Below, piece by piece: positions 40,325-54,180 of a stretch of 64,000 nt of DNA (positions are counted from its first letter, which is position 1; each line of letters starts with the position of its first letter). A program made the position numbers and the translations under genes. Origin of the DNA: Ministeria vibrans ATCC 50519 (taxonomy: Eukaryota > Protista > Filasterea). Under the pieces are notes generated by a model that was given only the letters and a program-made list of their open reading frames with translations, had not been told where the DNA came from and did no database searches. The stretch spans positions 1,800 to 65,799 of the forward strand of contig CALSCP010000863.1 of assembly GCA_943704425.1 (NCBI GenBank), given 5' to 3'.

Positions 40325-43300
40325 ATGGACATTGACATTCGTCAACTGGAGGCGTTGGCGGGAGAATGGGGTGGACAGCAAGTTGAATTAGAGGCGAGGC
40401 AAGTGCAGGTTGCCTTGGCAACCCTCCAAAAGCGCATTCAGATTGCTTCGGTGTTGTCGCACGACGGCGAACTCCTTGGCGAACTCGGCGGCTCTTCCGA
40501 GGCGGTCGGTTCGTCCCAATGGACAATGGAAATGACGACGGAGCGTGCATTGGGAACGGTCGCAACGAACATGTTGAACGAGAAACTTGCACGTTCGAGT
40601 GGCGCTCAAGCGAGCACAACTCAGCTCGCAACCGAGTGTCTCTCGCGTACCACATCACAGCTGGAAGCCATTTTGTCTCGTTGTCATCGCGGCGAACTGC
40701 AAAACGTCAATGGAAGGAAAACAGCCGTTGCGGAAATTCGCACGCTTGTCAATCACCTTCAACGCTCATTTGAATCTCTCGGCTTGACCCCTCCCAAGCT
40801 CTTCTGTGAGGCTGAACATGCTGGTGTCTACCGAACGTTCATCGACGAGCGTTACGTCAAATTTGCCCGTACGGTCGAGCAAGCGTGTCTGAGTCTGCTC
40901 CAGTCTATGGTGTCGATGGGCGACGCCTGCAGTAGTGAAAGTGCCGCCCCGGATGCAGTCGATATTTTGTTCGCATTGCTGCATGCGTATGGTCGACCGA
41001 AAGTGTGGCCTCGCGCTTACGCACAAGGGCTCTTTACACAGAGCAAAGTGATACAGCGAGATACCTCCCTAGAGGATAATCTTGGGCGTCTGGTTGACAT
41101 GTATTCGCACAACTCAATATGTGCACTGAATATAGCCGAGGTCAATCTTACTAGCGACTTACCTCGCCGAATTGCACTCGTGGCGTTGCTTGCTGAGACC
41201 ATTACTCAGCGCGACGATCTATTTCAACGCCAGTGTGCACACCCCATCTCCGTAAACCGTCTTGTCGATGCCCTTCACACAGGCTATGTTTCGCTCACCG
41301 CAACACTGCGCCATCTTCTCGAGCAAGTTGCGCCTTTTGTGGGCGCGCGCCACGCTCAGTTGGAACCATGCAAGTCCATACTCGAGGAACTGCGTCCGCG
41401 ACTCGACTTGTCGTCGCAGATGTCGGCAGTGACTTCTACAGCTCCACCCGCGCAAGTAGTGAAGCTCGTGGACACGGACATGGACGAGCTCTGCCGTCTG
41501 GCCGTCGAGCGAATACGTCAGGCATTTGACAGTTGCGTCGATGAGTTGCGCGTGAGTAATCGCGCCAAGTGGACGCGTGTGATTCTGCAGACAACGTCGA
41601 CACGATTACGTCCGCATCACGCGAGCTTGTGGTGCGCCACAGACACTTTATCTTCGACTCTCTCATACCTTCAACGCGTCACGCTGACCCTGTCGGCCAT
41701 GGGTTCCACACGTCTCATGGACCGTTGGACTGCGGCGATTGTGCAAAACGCACTCTTCGACGACTTTGTCTCGCGCACGCTGCACCTCTGTGATTGTGCC
41801 TGGGACACCCCTCATCCTCAGCCAATGCGCTTCCTGAGCCTTGCCTCTGCCTGTGCCCTTTTCTCCCATGTTCTCTTTTCCTACCTCAACAATACTCACA
41901 AGACGCAGCTCGAGCACGCACAGCAACGCTGTTGCGACTGTGCCTCCACTCACTTTGTGGCGCGCGCCGCCGTGACCTGGCTCGACCGTGTCGGCGATCA
42001 CTATAACGACATGCGTGCTATGCAAGGCGAGCCGCGCGCATCGCCTGCATTTTGCTACGCCTTTGTTGATCTCTGGTCGTTTATTTGCGATGCGCGCTTG
42101 CTTCTTACGTCTACAAGTCATGAGGCCGGTCGACACTTGCGTAGTCTTATTGTGGGCACGGCAGCGCATTGCTTGGGCATGCTGGCCGAGCGTCTCGCGC
42201 GTGTATCGCCCTCGTGGTCGCGCCGTCCCCAGTACACTCAAGATGGCAAGCTCATTCTCATTCTGGCTCATCTTGTGCACTCGGTGGTCGGCGTTCACCC
42301 GTTTCAGTTGGTTCCCACCCTTGAGAGTCAATTGACTCACTGGGCCTATCGCTGTGCTCCTCTAGCAACCTTCCTCAACGAGCCCAGCACCGACGAACAC
42401 GTGCCGTCACTGCGCATGCATGAGCCACCAATGCTCCTGCAGGTGGACGCCTGGCACTGGTCTTTGGCCCAGTGGTTCTTTTCCAGCGACCGAACTTGTG
42501 GCTGTATCGACACACTTGTCTCTGTGCTCTTTCTTCAGCGCGGCCGTCTGCTGCGCCTGGTCTACGAGCGAACGTGGCGCACTAGCGAACAGGATCAGCT
42601 AGCAGTGAGTCGTCTGCTACACTCACAAATACACGACGTGCATGGGCGCATGCAGAGTGTCCTCTTGGCCAGCACTCTCGAGAATTGCAAGGACGCAGAC
42701 GTGCCTGTCACCAGCTGGTTCTATCGAGCAGCAGGTTCCAATTTGCCTCTCTGGTGTGTCTATGTGCTCTGGTGCGTGCGTCATTTTATTGGTACTCGTG
42801 GGTGGAGCCGAGGAAGCTGTGCCGAGACACTGCTTGCCCAGGTCATACCGACGCTCAACCTTCCGCTCCTCGCTACCTTTCTTCCGCTCCGTCGCCTTGT
42901 CGAGACACTCGCCTGCTGTGTGTGTTCCGACGAGCAATCTGCCAATGTCCTGGTATCTCTACTACTGAGCACGGAGAATACACTAGGGCAGCTGTTTGCC
43001 AAGGCACAGCAGTCGACGACGCATGTCACGTCGTCCGAGGCGCACTTGATGACTCTCGACCGTGCCACGGCGCTCCGCCTTGTGCCAGCGTGCAGCGAGT
43101 ATGTCGCCAGCGAGCTCACTGCAACGCCCTTCCTTGCTGCCCTTCCATTCAGTCCTCGTCCGACACACAAATGCTTTAGTCCTGGTCCTGTACTCGCAGC
43201 GGTTTGCAAGTCTCTCTCTGCAATCGGCACAGCACTCACACATGTCAAAGTGAACTGGCGTCCGCTCGCGAACGACGTTGCCACCACCCCCGCGGTCATG

Positions 43301-43624
43301 CTGGGCGTTCTGCAGGACGTACGCCCCGAACTCTCTCCGTCACTCGCCGCCCGCTTGTATCCTCCACTGACCGAGGAGGAGCGTTTGCAGGCAGCACAAG
43401 TTCAACGGCTGATTGACGCGCAAGACCAAGAGACGACGTCAAAGCATTGCCATGCGAAGGAGAAGCAGTCAGTTGTCGTTGGAGAGTGTACGGATGATGT
43501 TTCTCCACACTCGGGTGCGGGACTGGGTGAGACACTTGAAGATGTTGATGTGTGTGGCGATCGCGAGCGCAACGGAGGAATTGGTGCGGAGTTACTCAGT
43601 GAAAGTGAAGATGATTTGGATTAA
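40325..43624 (+). CDS. KIAA0825-like (DUF4495) helical protein, intronless, ~1100 aa
   Basis: HYNDMRAMQGEPRAS...LGMLAERLARVSPSWSRRPQYTQDGKLIL resembles recalled KIAA0825 HWDDYKAFYEGERCS...[29 protein letters not shown]. Confidence 0.65.
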   Translation: MDIDIRQLEALAGEWGGQQVELEARQVQVALATLQKRIQIASVLSHDGELLGELGGSSEAVGSSQWTMEMTTERALGTVATNMLNEKLARSSGAQASTTQLATECLSRTTSQLEAILSRCHRGELQNVNGRKTAVAEIRTLVNHLQRSFESLGLTPPKLFCEAEHAGVYRTFIDERYVKFARTVEQACLSLLQSMVSMGDACSSESAAPDAVDILFALLHAYGRPKVWPRAYAQGLFTQSKVIQRDTSLEDNLGRLVDMYSHNSICALNIAEVNLTSDLPRRIALVALLAETITQRDDLFQRQCAHPISVNRLVDALHTGYVSLTATLRHLLEQVAPFVGARHAQLEPCKSILEELRPRLDLSSQMSAVTSTAPPAQVVKLVDTDMDELCRLAVERIRQAFDSCVDELRVSNRAKWTRVILQTTSTRLRPHHASLWCATDTLSSTLSYLQRVTLTLSAMGSTRLMDRWTAAIVQNALFDDFVSRTLHLCDCAWDTPHPQPMRFLSLASACALFSHVLFSYLNNTHKTQLEHAQQRCCDCASTHFVARAAVTWLDRVGDHYNDMRAMQGEPRASPAFCYAFVDLWSFICDARLLLTSTSHEAGRHLRSLIVGTAAHCLGMLAERLARVSPSWSRRPQYTQDGKLILILAHLVHSVVGVHPFQLVPTLESQLTHWAYRCAPLATFLNEPSTDEHVPSLRMHEPPMLLQVDAWHWSLAQWFFSSDRTCGCIDTLVSVLFLQRGRLLRLVYERTWRTSEQDQLAVSRLLHSQIHDVHGRMQSVLLASTLENCKDADVPVTSWFYRAAGSNLPLWCVYVLWCVRHFIGTRGWSRGSCAETLLAQVIPTLNLPLLATFLPLRRLVETLACCVCSDEQSANVLVSLLLSTENTLGQLFAKAQQSTTHVTSSEAHLMTLDRATALRLVPACSEYVASELTATPFLAALPFSPRPTHKCFSPGPVLAAVCKSLSAIGTALTHVKVNWRPLANDVATTPAVMLGVLQDVRPELSPSLAARLYPPLTEEERLQAAQVQRLIDAQDQETTSKHCHAKEKQSVVVGECTDDVSPHSGAGLGETLEDVDVCGDRERNGGIGAELLSESEDDLD

Positions 43625-43830
43625 AATGAAAATAATTATTATTTTATTTGTATTATTAATAATTAATTATCGGTCTACAGACTCTACACTCCCTTTTGTC
43701 AATTGTCACTTGAAAGTTTTTATCTTGGTCGTCTCTCGGCTGATCGCAAACTGATTTGACGCCCTGACATGGTAAGATTACCTTTTGTTGATGGTTAATT
43801 AATATGATTTTTGTCATTATATTTTATAGA

Positions 43831-44697
43831 ATGCCCCCCAAGTTTGGATCGTCTGCACCCAAGTGCCCTCGTTGTGATAAGTCAGTCTATGCAAACGAAG
43901 AGAGGGTCAGCACTCAAAAATGAGAAGATCAAAGCGGAGAGTAAATAGTGAGTTTAGAAAGCGGCCAATTCGTCCTTCCACGTTCGCTGCTTCCTTTGCG
44001 TCGTGTGCAAGACGGGCTTGTCGTCCACTACAGTTGCCGAACACGACGGCGAAATCTATTGTAAAGTCTGTCATGCGAAGGATTTCGGACCCAAAGGTGT
44101 CAAAACATTGTTACGAGAGAGATAGAGAAAGAGAAAGAGAGAGAGAGAGAAAGAGAGAGAGATTGAGGAGTGTGTGTGTGTATGGCAATATGTGTATATG
44201 ACAATGTGCGTGTGTGCGTGTGCGTGTGTGTGTGAGAGAGAGAGAGTGTGTGCTTCGTATGTTGAGTGTGTGACTGACACTCTTTGCTCTTCTCAGGCTT
44301 TGGTTACAGCTCCACCGGGTCGTTTATGCACACTGGTACAAAGGGGAATGTGGGTGCAAGTGCAGGGACAGCGCCAGAGTCGGACGAACCGCGCAGTGAA
44401 ATCGTGGAGAGTGCGAATGTCAAGCCGGAGAAGGCAAAGGCGCGCCCGCAGTTTGGAGGCGCACCGTCCTGTCCGCGCTGTGCCAAGTCGGTGTACGCGG
44501 CCGAGCAGGTTCTTGGGCCGAGCGGCTCGTCGTGGCACAAGATGTGCTTTGCATGCAACGAGTGCGGGAAACTACTGAGTTCGGTGACGGCTGCGGATCG
44601 TGATGGCCAAGTTTACTGCAAGACGTGCCACGCTAAAAAGTTCGGTCCCAAGGGCTATGGCTTTGCGAGTGGTGCAGCCATTTTCCACACAGAATAA
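43831..44697 (+). CDS. Cysteine/glycine-rich double-LIM protein (CSRP/CRP family), 3 coding exons
   Basis: [13 protein letters not shown]|...[11 protein letters not shown]...[15 protein letters not shown]|FGY and [12 protein letters not shown]...[11 protein letters not shown]...[17 protein letters not shown]. Confidence 0.92.
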
Positions 44698-44737
44698 GAG
44701 AAATAAAGAAAGGGAGATGATTGTATTTGTTTTTTGT

Positions 44738-47107
<2,370 letters not shown>

Positions 47108-47542
47108 TGTAATAAGAAAATGTTGTGACTTGCGTTGTTGACTAATGACTTGTGTTGATTTTGAGAATTGTGATTAGAATTCTGTTGAATAATATCGGCT
47201 TGTCGAGTGCAGGCAATTAGGCAAAACAGTAAATTAGCAGTTAGTGTCTTAATGACTCAGTACTCAGTTGTGTCTAATACTTAATTGCTACGATTTGAGT
47301 TTTGATTCGAATACTGCGCACACACACTTTTTCTTCTACAAAATCGAAATCAAAAAAAATAAGATGATGCTCAAATTTGCCTGAAACCGCAATAGAATCG
47401 AATTAGTAGATTCAGTTCGAGCGCCAGTCAACGTCCGTAGAGTTATTTTGCATTTTTACTATTACATGCTGTTCTCTCGCCACTTGGGACAAGAGGAGAC
47501 AAAAGAAAGGGAGAAGAAAAAAACGGCAAACAAAAACGATTC

Positions 47543-50160
47543 TCACTCAGTCTGTGAAATGGGAACCCAGAACATACGCTTGAGAGGATAGGTAGTGGAG
47601 CGCATGCGAACACTCTCGCGCGACCACACGAGTTCAGCCCAGTCCATGTCTAAACAAAAACAAAAAGTGTGAGTGAAGTAAAGTTTCCCCCTCATACACA
47701 CACACATACACACATATATATGTACCAGTATGCTCAATGGTAACGTGTTGGGGTGCCAGAGGCAATGAAGTGGCAGCGAGGGCGCGACGAGGCGCGTTCT
47801 TGAGGGCATCGTCAACGCGGGCAAAGCGGTACTTGTCAAAGTCAAGGGAGCCGTCAACGAGAAGGGCGACCATCTCGGGAGGGGTGTGGGGCACAGTGGA
47901 GGAAGGGGTGGTGGGAATGGGGATGGGCGAGGCAGACGACGAGACGGTCGATGACGATGAGTTGCGCTGTTGTTGTTGTTGCTGTTGATGGTGGTGAGAC
48001 TGTTGTGCTTCAGCGAGAGAGTGGAGGACGGTCGCGGATGACTCGAGATGGGCTGTGCCACTTCCGGGAATGCGCGAGAGTTCATAACGGGCCGAGGCGG
48101 ATTCAAGGAAAAGGACTTCGTGTTTGAGGCGGAAGGAAGTGTAGGCGGCGACGGAGGTGCCACGGTCGGCAACAAGGTTGAGAGTGTATTTGAGACAGGG
48201 CTCATTGCTGAAGCCGAACGAGACGCTCACGTTGGGGAGGAGTTCGCATTCGGAAGTTGCTGAGGGAGAGACAAGGAAGGGCGATGGGGATGCATTGTGA
48301 CTGCTACTACTGGTGGTGGTGGTGAGAGGGGCAAGAGCAGCGGAGTCTTTGAGAGAAGCAGGAAGCGACAGGGCCGACGAAGAGGTGGGAGGACGCGACG
48401 TGCGATGGTTGCGACGCGACGAAGTTGAGCCATTCGATGCGCCAGTGCCATTCGTAGGCTGGGTGCCATTGGATACAGCTGTTGTTACTGCACCGTTTGC
48501 ACTTGCCGCGGTGCTTTTATTCTTGCGCTGTTGCAGCACGTCGGGTGTGAGCCAGCACACCGACTCAATGGTGACACTGTACGCGTCGTGGCCCTGCAGC
48601 CACTCGCGTGATTGTAAGTTGTGACGGTTTGACGCGTGGTATGCATCGCATTGCCCGCCCACCTTGACCTGAAGTGACAGGTCCGCTTCGGGAGGCACCT
48701 GTGTGGGCTGCACAAAGCCCATGTGGACTGCAACGGCAACTAAATCGCTGTCGTCCGTGTACATGTCGGTGCCCCACAGCTGTCCGGTATTCAACTTTTC
48801 GTTCGAAATGGTAATGTACCGTGCGGGCACCTGTACCTCGAACACCTCGCCTTCGTGGCCACTCAGCACGGGAAGCAGCTCGCCCGGTGAGTAGGTGAAC
48901 ATCTCAAGTGGCTCCACCACCAGCGGAGGAATGCTATGGGCGGTCACACCAGCGGTACTGCCACTCTCTTCCATCACCTGGCCCTTGACAGGGGCATCGT
49001 TTGCCACTCCATTTTCTAACACACAAAGAGAGAAAAAGAGTTGAGTCTCACTGCGACAACCGTGCCTGTGCGCCCTCCTCCCACTCCCCGTACCGAGTTT
49101 CGCTCGCTTTGGCGCGGGCGCTAAAGGCTCAGGCGCACCTTCGTGGACACCGTTGGTCTTTTCCGAGACCATATCGCCATTGGCAGAGCGTTTCGCTCCA
49201 ACAGACGTCTACAGAGTAAGAGAGAGAGAGAGAGAGAGAATGAGAGTGACAAGTGCAATTTGTCAAAACAAGAGATTTTTTTTGTGTGTATTCTCCACAC
49301 GAACATTTCCAGGCAATACACAACTCTTCCAACACTATCCTGCACATACTACCGCCACAGGCCATCGTATGGTGGCAAAGCAAACCCCCACAGATGCCTG
49401 TGGGAGGAGCACAGCGCATTCGGAGCAAGAAAGGCACCCATTTACTAAGAGAAGAAATAAAGCGACAGTTGTACTTTCGTTGTACTTTCGTTGTACTNNN
49501 NNNNNGCGCATTCGGAGCAAGAAAGGCAAAAAAAAAAAAAAAGCGACCCGGAAAGAAAAACAGACTCATTCGCGATTCAGCAAAGGCCCAGAGCTCACCA
49601 CACCCGACTGAATGCCAGTCGTGCAGTGGCGTGAACTGTACAGGTTGAGCTGAGAATAGTTTGACTTTCGTTCCATTTTTTTTTAAAAAAATTTTTTTTG
49701 AGTGCCGGCCAAAAAGCGAAATGAGCGATAGAGTGAGGGGAGGAGTGGCAGAGTGGGGTGGAGTGGTAGAGGGCTGGGTGGAGAACAGGCAGCGGGCAAG
49801 AGCAGGGGCAAGGGAGGCGCAGGGGGGGCAGAGGGTGCTGTCAAAGGCGCATGTGTGGGGCGACGGCACTGCGTCCGCTGACAGACCCACACGGAGACTC
49901 TGCAGCGCCATGGCAACGGTGTCGACGGGGCAAGGGGCTCGCGTGGCATGTGCCCAGCCCCGCCGTGCGCCACGTAGCCACCGGGAAAGGGCGTAACGTC
50001 TCGAACTGACTCAGAGCAAGGCGGAGCCGTCGTCACCCATGATATGACCCCAGCCACCNNNNNNNNNNTTTTTTTTTTTTTTTTTTTTTTTTTTTACCAG
50101 TAAGTTATTGGGCATTCCTAGACGATCTCCTTGCACAGCAACAACGGCAATGGAGGACAT
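47543..50160 (-). CDS. Rxt3/HDC1-type histone-deacetylase-complex subunit (start at 50160 via an 889-nt first intron, or at 49172)
   Basis: LWGTDMYTDDSDLVAVAVHMG (Rxt3 domain), plus SNEPCLKYTLNLVADRG...TSFRLKHEVLFLES...RYEL and MDWAELVWS, matching the plant HDC1 C-terminal region. The upstream exon 50098-50160 splices in phase 0 to 49208. Confidence 0.82.
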
Positions 50161-50535
50161 GCAAGACGAAGAGGCAGAGCGCGCGGAGGTGAAGGGGAAA
50201 ATAAGGGAGTGGGGAGCAACGGATGAGTTTGATGACAAAAAACTGAATAGGTTTGACTTTTGACGTTTCAGTTTTGGTTATAATGGCAACTAATTCAACT
50301 CGATCAAAGTTGGAAAAATAAAAAAATAAAAAGTTGAAATTCGTGAGATGAAAGCAATTGCCTACTGCCTACTGGTTAGAATTGTGAATTGTCATTTGAT
50401 TTGTTGCCATTCAACATGGGTGGTGAGATCGAGCTTGAAATTGAATCTATGACGCTATTTCGTATCAAACGATTGTTTTTTTTTAAATCTGTCACAGACC
50501 AATAAAGTACACATTCCGCGTCAGGAGGGATTGGT

Positions 50536-51657
50536 TCACTCTGCATCGTCGGCAGCACCAGGAGCTATGAGAATGGAAAAGGGAAATGAAAAAAAAAGTG
50601 AAAAGAATAATTACCTCCACCGCCTTTGGGAGCAGCTCTTAAGAGCATTTCGACGTCGTCTGCGCGCCCTTTGGAAGTGCGCTGGGTGCGACGTCGCCCA
50701 ATGGCCACCATCATGTGGAGCCCGCCGGTGAGGATCAGGAAAATGCCCGCGACAATGCTCGACACGCTCCCACAGAAGAAACAGAAGATGGACAGACTGA
50801 AGACACAAGGGAGGGAGGGATATCGGTGTGAGTCCATTTGGGTGCAATTGGCAGTGCTTACCCATAGTAAATACCCATTTTCCACCAGTAGGTGAGTTTG
50901 GAGAGCTTCTCGCCAAACCAAATGCAACACTCGGCCCACTGGAAGAGCAATGGAAGTTCCCCGATAAGAATGAGACTCCCACAAGCACTACACACAGACC
51001 ATTTTCAAAACAAGGCAAACTCTTTCTTTCTTATTTGTGTCCTTACACCATGTAGATGGCAACAATCCAGCAAATGGCAGTGAGAGAGATCACCGTGACA
51101 ATACCACCAATGACAAGTGCTACACAAAACGAACACAATGAGTATGTGTCGTGTCATAAGAGACACATCAAGTCTCTCTCTCTCTCTCTCTCTCTTATAT
51201 ATATGCAAGCCTCAGGGCTCGTACCAAGGGCGGTGATAATGGCAGCAAGGCGTGCGACCAGCTTGAGTCCACAGTCGTGCCAGGAGAACTTGCCCGTGTC
51301 GCCATCGCCATCGCTCTCGTGCTGCTCTGTGGCGGGCACCGCGGTAGCCCCAAGCGCACCCATCTGCTTGGCAGCCTCGTGCTGCACTGCACTGGTCGTG
51401 GCGGCCCCCACCGCCGCGTACACCGTGTCGAAGATGTTTTTCTCAAACGTCAATTTGGGCGATGGATACGACGCAGACATGCTGTTGCCGCTGCCGCTGG
51501 CGTCGCCGGTCGGGGCGCTCGGGCCTGCTTCGCTTGCGGAGCGAGTCAGACGATCGGGAGTTTGAGGAGCGGGCGCAGAGCTGTTTGGTTGTTTCTTGGC
51601 TGAACTTGTCTTGCCACCGAGTCCCGAGGTCGTAATGTCTGGTAATAGAGTCGACAT
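50536..51657 (-). CDS. Flower/CACFD1 (Tvp18-related) membrane protein with a long N-terminal extension, 5 exons
   Basis: Spliced LVARLAAIITALG|ALVIGGIVTVISLTAICWIVAIYMV|ACGSLILIGELPLLFQWAECCIWFGEKLSKLTYWWKMGIYYG|LSIF...TGGLHMMVAIGRR aligns with Flower (LCRLSGVLGA...CEAPFCCQF...AEKVDRLRSWQKAVFY...TGVLYGLSALGKK). Confidence 0.78.
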
Positions 51658-52176
51658 AGTGGGACGGGGGAGGGAGAGAGGACGACTGCTAAGGAGGAGG
51701 AAATGAGCAGCAAAGAAAGAAAAAAAGAATAAGAGATAGAAACTGAGAAAATAAATAGAGAATCAAGAGCTGTAGTCAATGTCAACACAAGACAATATAC
51801 AAAACAAAGAGCAGCACAATTCTTCCGCCGTAGACTTCAAGAGACAAGAATGTTCCGAAAGAAGCCCATAGACCAACTGATACACCAGAAAAAAGAATAT
51901 TTATTACTGACTTATTCATGATACAGTCGCCAGGATCAACAGAGGTAGTCGCAAAGGCATAAGAATATTTCGAATTTTTATCACTCACAAAACGAAAAGC
52001 GACAACACAAACAGCTTAAAACCACTTTGTAAGCGCTACAGAAGCATCAATATTAATTATTAACAATGATAATTGTTTTGTTGCAGTGAGGCCACGTACA
52101 TACATGTGCATGAAAGAGATCAAGTGGGTGGTTGTATTGATAGAGAGGAAGGGAGGAGTTAACACTCGGGAGAAGG

Positions 52177-54180
52177 TTAAAGGTAGTATGGAATAGCGAA
52201 GGGTTGTCCGCTGTCGTCGACAGGCCACAGGCCTTGGTCGTGCATCTTGCGGCGTGCGTCCTCAAGAGCCTCGTGTGTCTTCACGATCATCCAGCGAGGA
52301 GTCTTTTTACGCATTTCCCGAGCGTGCTGCCCGATACAGGAAGCATTGCTCTTTTTGCCACATTTGCACTCGCGACGAGACTTGCCACACGTGCACGTGA
52401 AGCCGTAGGAGACAGCTAAATCGTACGGAGAAATCTCGTCACGGTTGGCATCAAGGAAGGCAGCCATGCGGAGAAGGATGCTAGCATGCATACGGTCCTT
52501 CACGCACTTGCCAGAGGCCGTCACGATACTGCCCATGCCGCACGCTTCTGGCTGAGTAGGCGCGCAAACCATTGTGTCACATTTCTTGTCGCCCCAAAAG
52601 CGTCCCTTGGTCAGACCAAAGGCGGTACGGACACGACATAAGGGCACCTGGTCGTCGACCGCGTTTTGAAACGCTTCCTTCTGCTCAGGCGACATGCGCT
52701 CGAGCAGGTCTTTCGCAAAAGCAACATACTTCTCGGCCACTTCGACCAAATTTTTTTTTGATTCCCCCGCAGATGAGCGCGTGTTTTGCTTTTCTCGCTT
52801 ATCGCTGTTGGGACTCGGAGTAGTAGTAGTTGACGCAGGAAGAGACATTGTGGATAGGTGTGCGGGCTGTTGAGCGGCAGCCGCAGTAGTTGACGACGAA
52901 GCACACGGAGCGGGAGACATCGTCATCTGGTGGGGGGGGTTAGATGTAGACGCCGTCAACGTCTTGGCTGTATTGGCCTCGTTGGCGCGCTGTCGCGCGC
53001 CTTTAGCAGCAGTGCTCCTATCAGCACCACTGAAACTTGTCGTCACACTCTTGCGCGTAGAAGATGATTCGCGCGCAGACGTGGACGACGGAGCGCGTGC
53101 CGTACAGAAATCCATTAATTGATAGATTTCAGTCGGCCCGCAGGAAAAAGCCGCTGGACCAGCTTGAGATTTCAAGCTGGAAGCGACGTGGTCACATTGA
53201 TCCCCGATATGAAGACTATCAATCGGGGAGGGAATGGGACTCGACGATGTTGCGGGACACACCGAGGGTGGCGGTGATTCCCTAAACGCGTCGTCAGACT
53301 TGACGCTACGTCCTGAAGACGAATGGCCAAGGCTGCTGGGTGGCAAGACTGCACACCTCTTGGCTGTATTGGCCTTATTCGCGCGCGAAAGCGCGCCTTG
53401 AGCTATATCAGCAGTTTCAGCACTACTGAAACTTGTCGTCACACTCTTGCGCGTAGAAGATGATTCGCGCGCAGACGTGGACGACGGAGCGCGTGCCGTA
53501 CAGAAATCCATTAATTGATAGATTTCAGTCGGCCCGCAGGAAAACGCCGCTGGACCAGTTTGAGATTTCAAACTGGAAGCGACGTGGGCACATTGATCAT
53601 CCCCTGTATGAACCGAGGAGAGAATGCGGAGCGAAAATGTTGCGGGAGATACCGATCCACATGGAGGCGGTAATTCCCTCAACGCGTCGTTATTGGACGC
53701 ATAATGGGCGAAGCTAATCGGTGTATCAGCACCGATAACGTCATCGACCATCCCCTGAGAAAAGGGATTAAAAGAATGAGAAGCCGCTACACCTTCAGAA
53801 TGTAGCGACCCAACATCAAAAGCGCATTCTATGCGCATTCGTTTCGCACACTGTGCTACAGTGTCGTCGAGCTCGCAACTCGATCGTTTCCTTCGCGATT
53901 CTTCCGTAGAACAGAAGAATGCAATACTCTCACGCACGTCAAGCGTGTGAGAAATGACATCATCCAACACCTGATTTGGAATGAACAACTCCTACGTAAG
54001 TTTCGTTTTGGTTTGGTTTGGTTTGGTTTGGTTTGGTTTGGTTTGTTTGGGGTTTTTTTTTTTNNNNNNNNNNTTTTTTTAATACCTCCCGAGCAGAAGG
54101 AGTCGAGTGCCCCCAATGATGCTGAATATGTCTCGTATCTCCCAACCCGCCGTACCAACCACCGCTACGATTTCGCTCAC
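52177..54180 (-). CDS. Orphan protein: S-rich region with two ~132-aa repeats and a Cys-rich C-terminal domain; true start unresolved
   Basis: 603-codon open frame preceded by a splice acceptor (acgtag|GAG TTG TTC) and an in-phase upstream exon (~54087-54180). No family recognised. Confidence 0.6.
52960..53690. repeat. Intragenic tandem duplication, period 396 nt
   Basis: ctgaaacttgtcgtcacactcttgcgcgtagaagatgattcgcgcgcagac...gcaggaaaa is identical at ~53030 and ~53426; the flanks of the units are more diverged. Confidence 0.92.

Noticed and set aside
49413-49530. Duplicated gcgcattcggagcaagaaaggca either side of an N gap
   Set aside because: Probably a contig-end overlap artefact.
49129-49911. 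260-aa minus-strand ORF upstream of HDC1
   Set aside because: Crosses a gap and A/T homopolymers, has no motifs, and lies in the inferred first intron.
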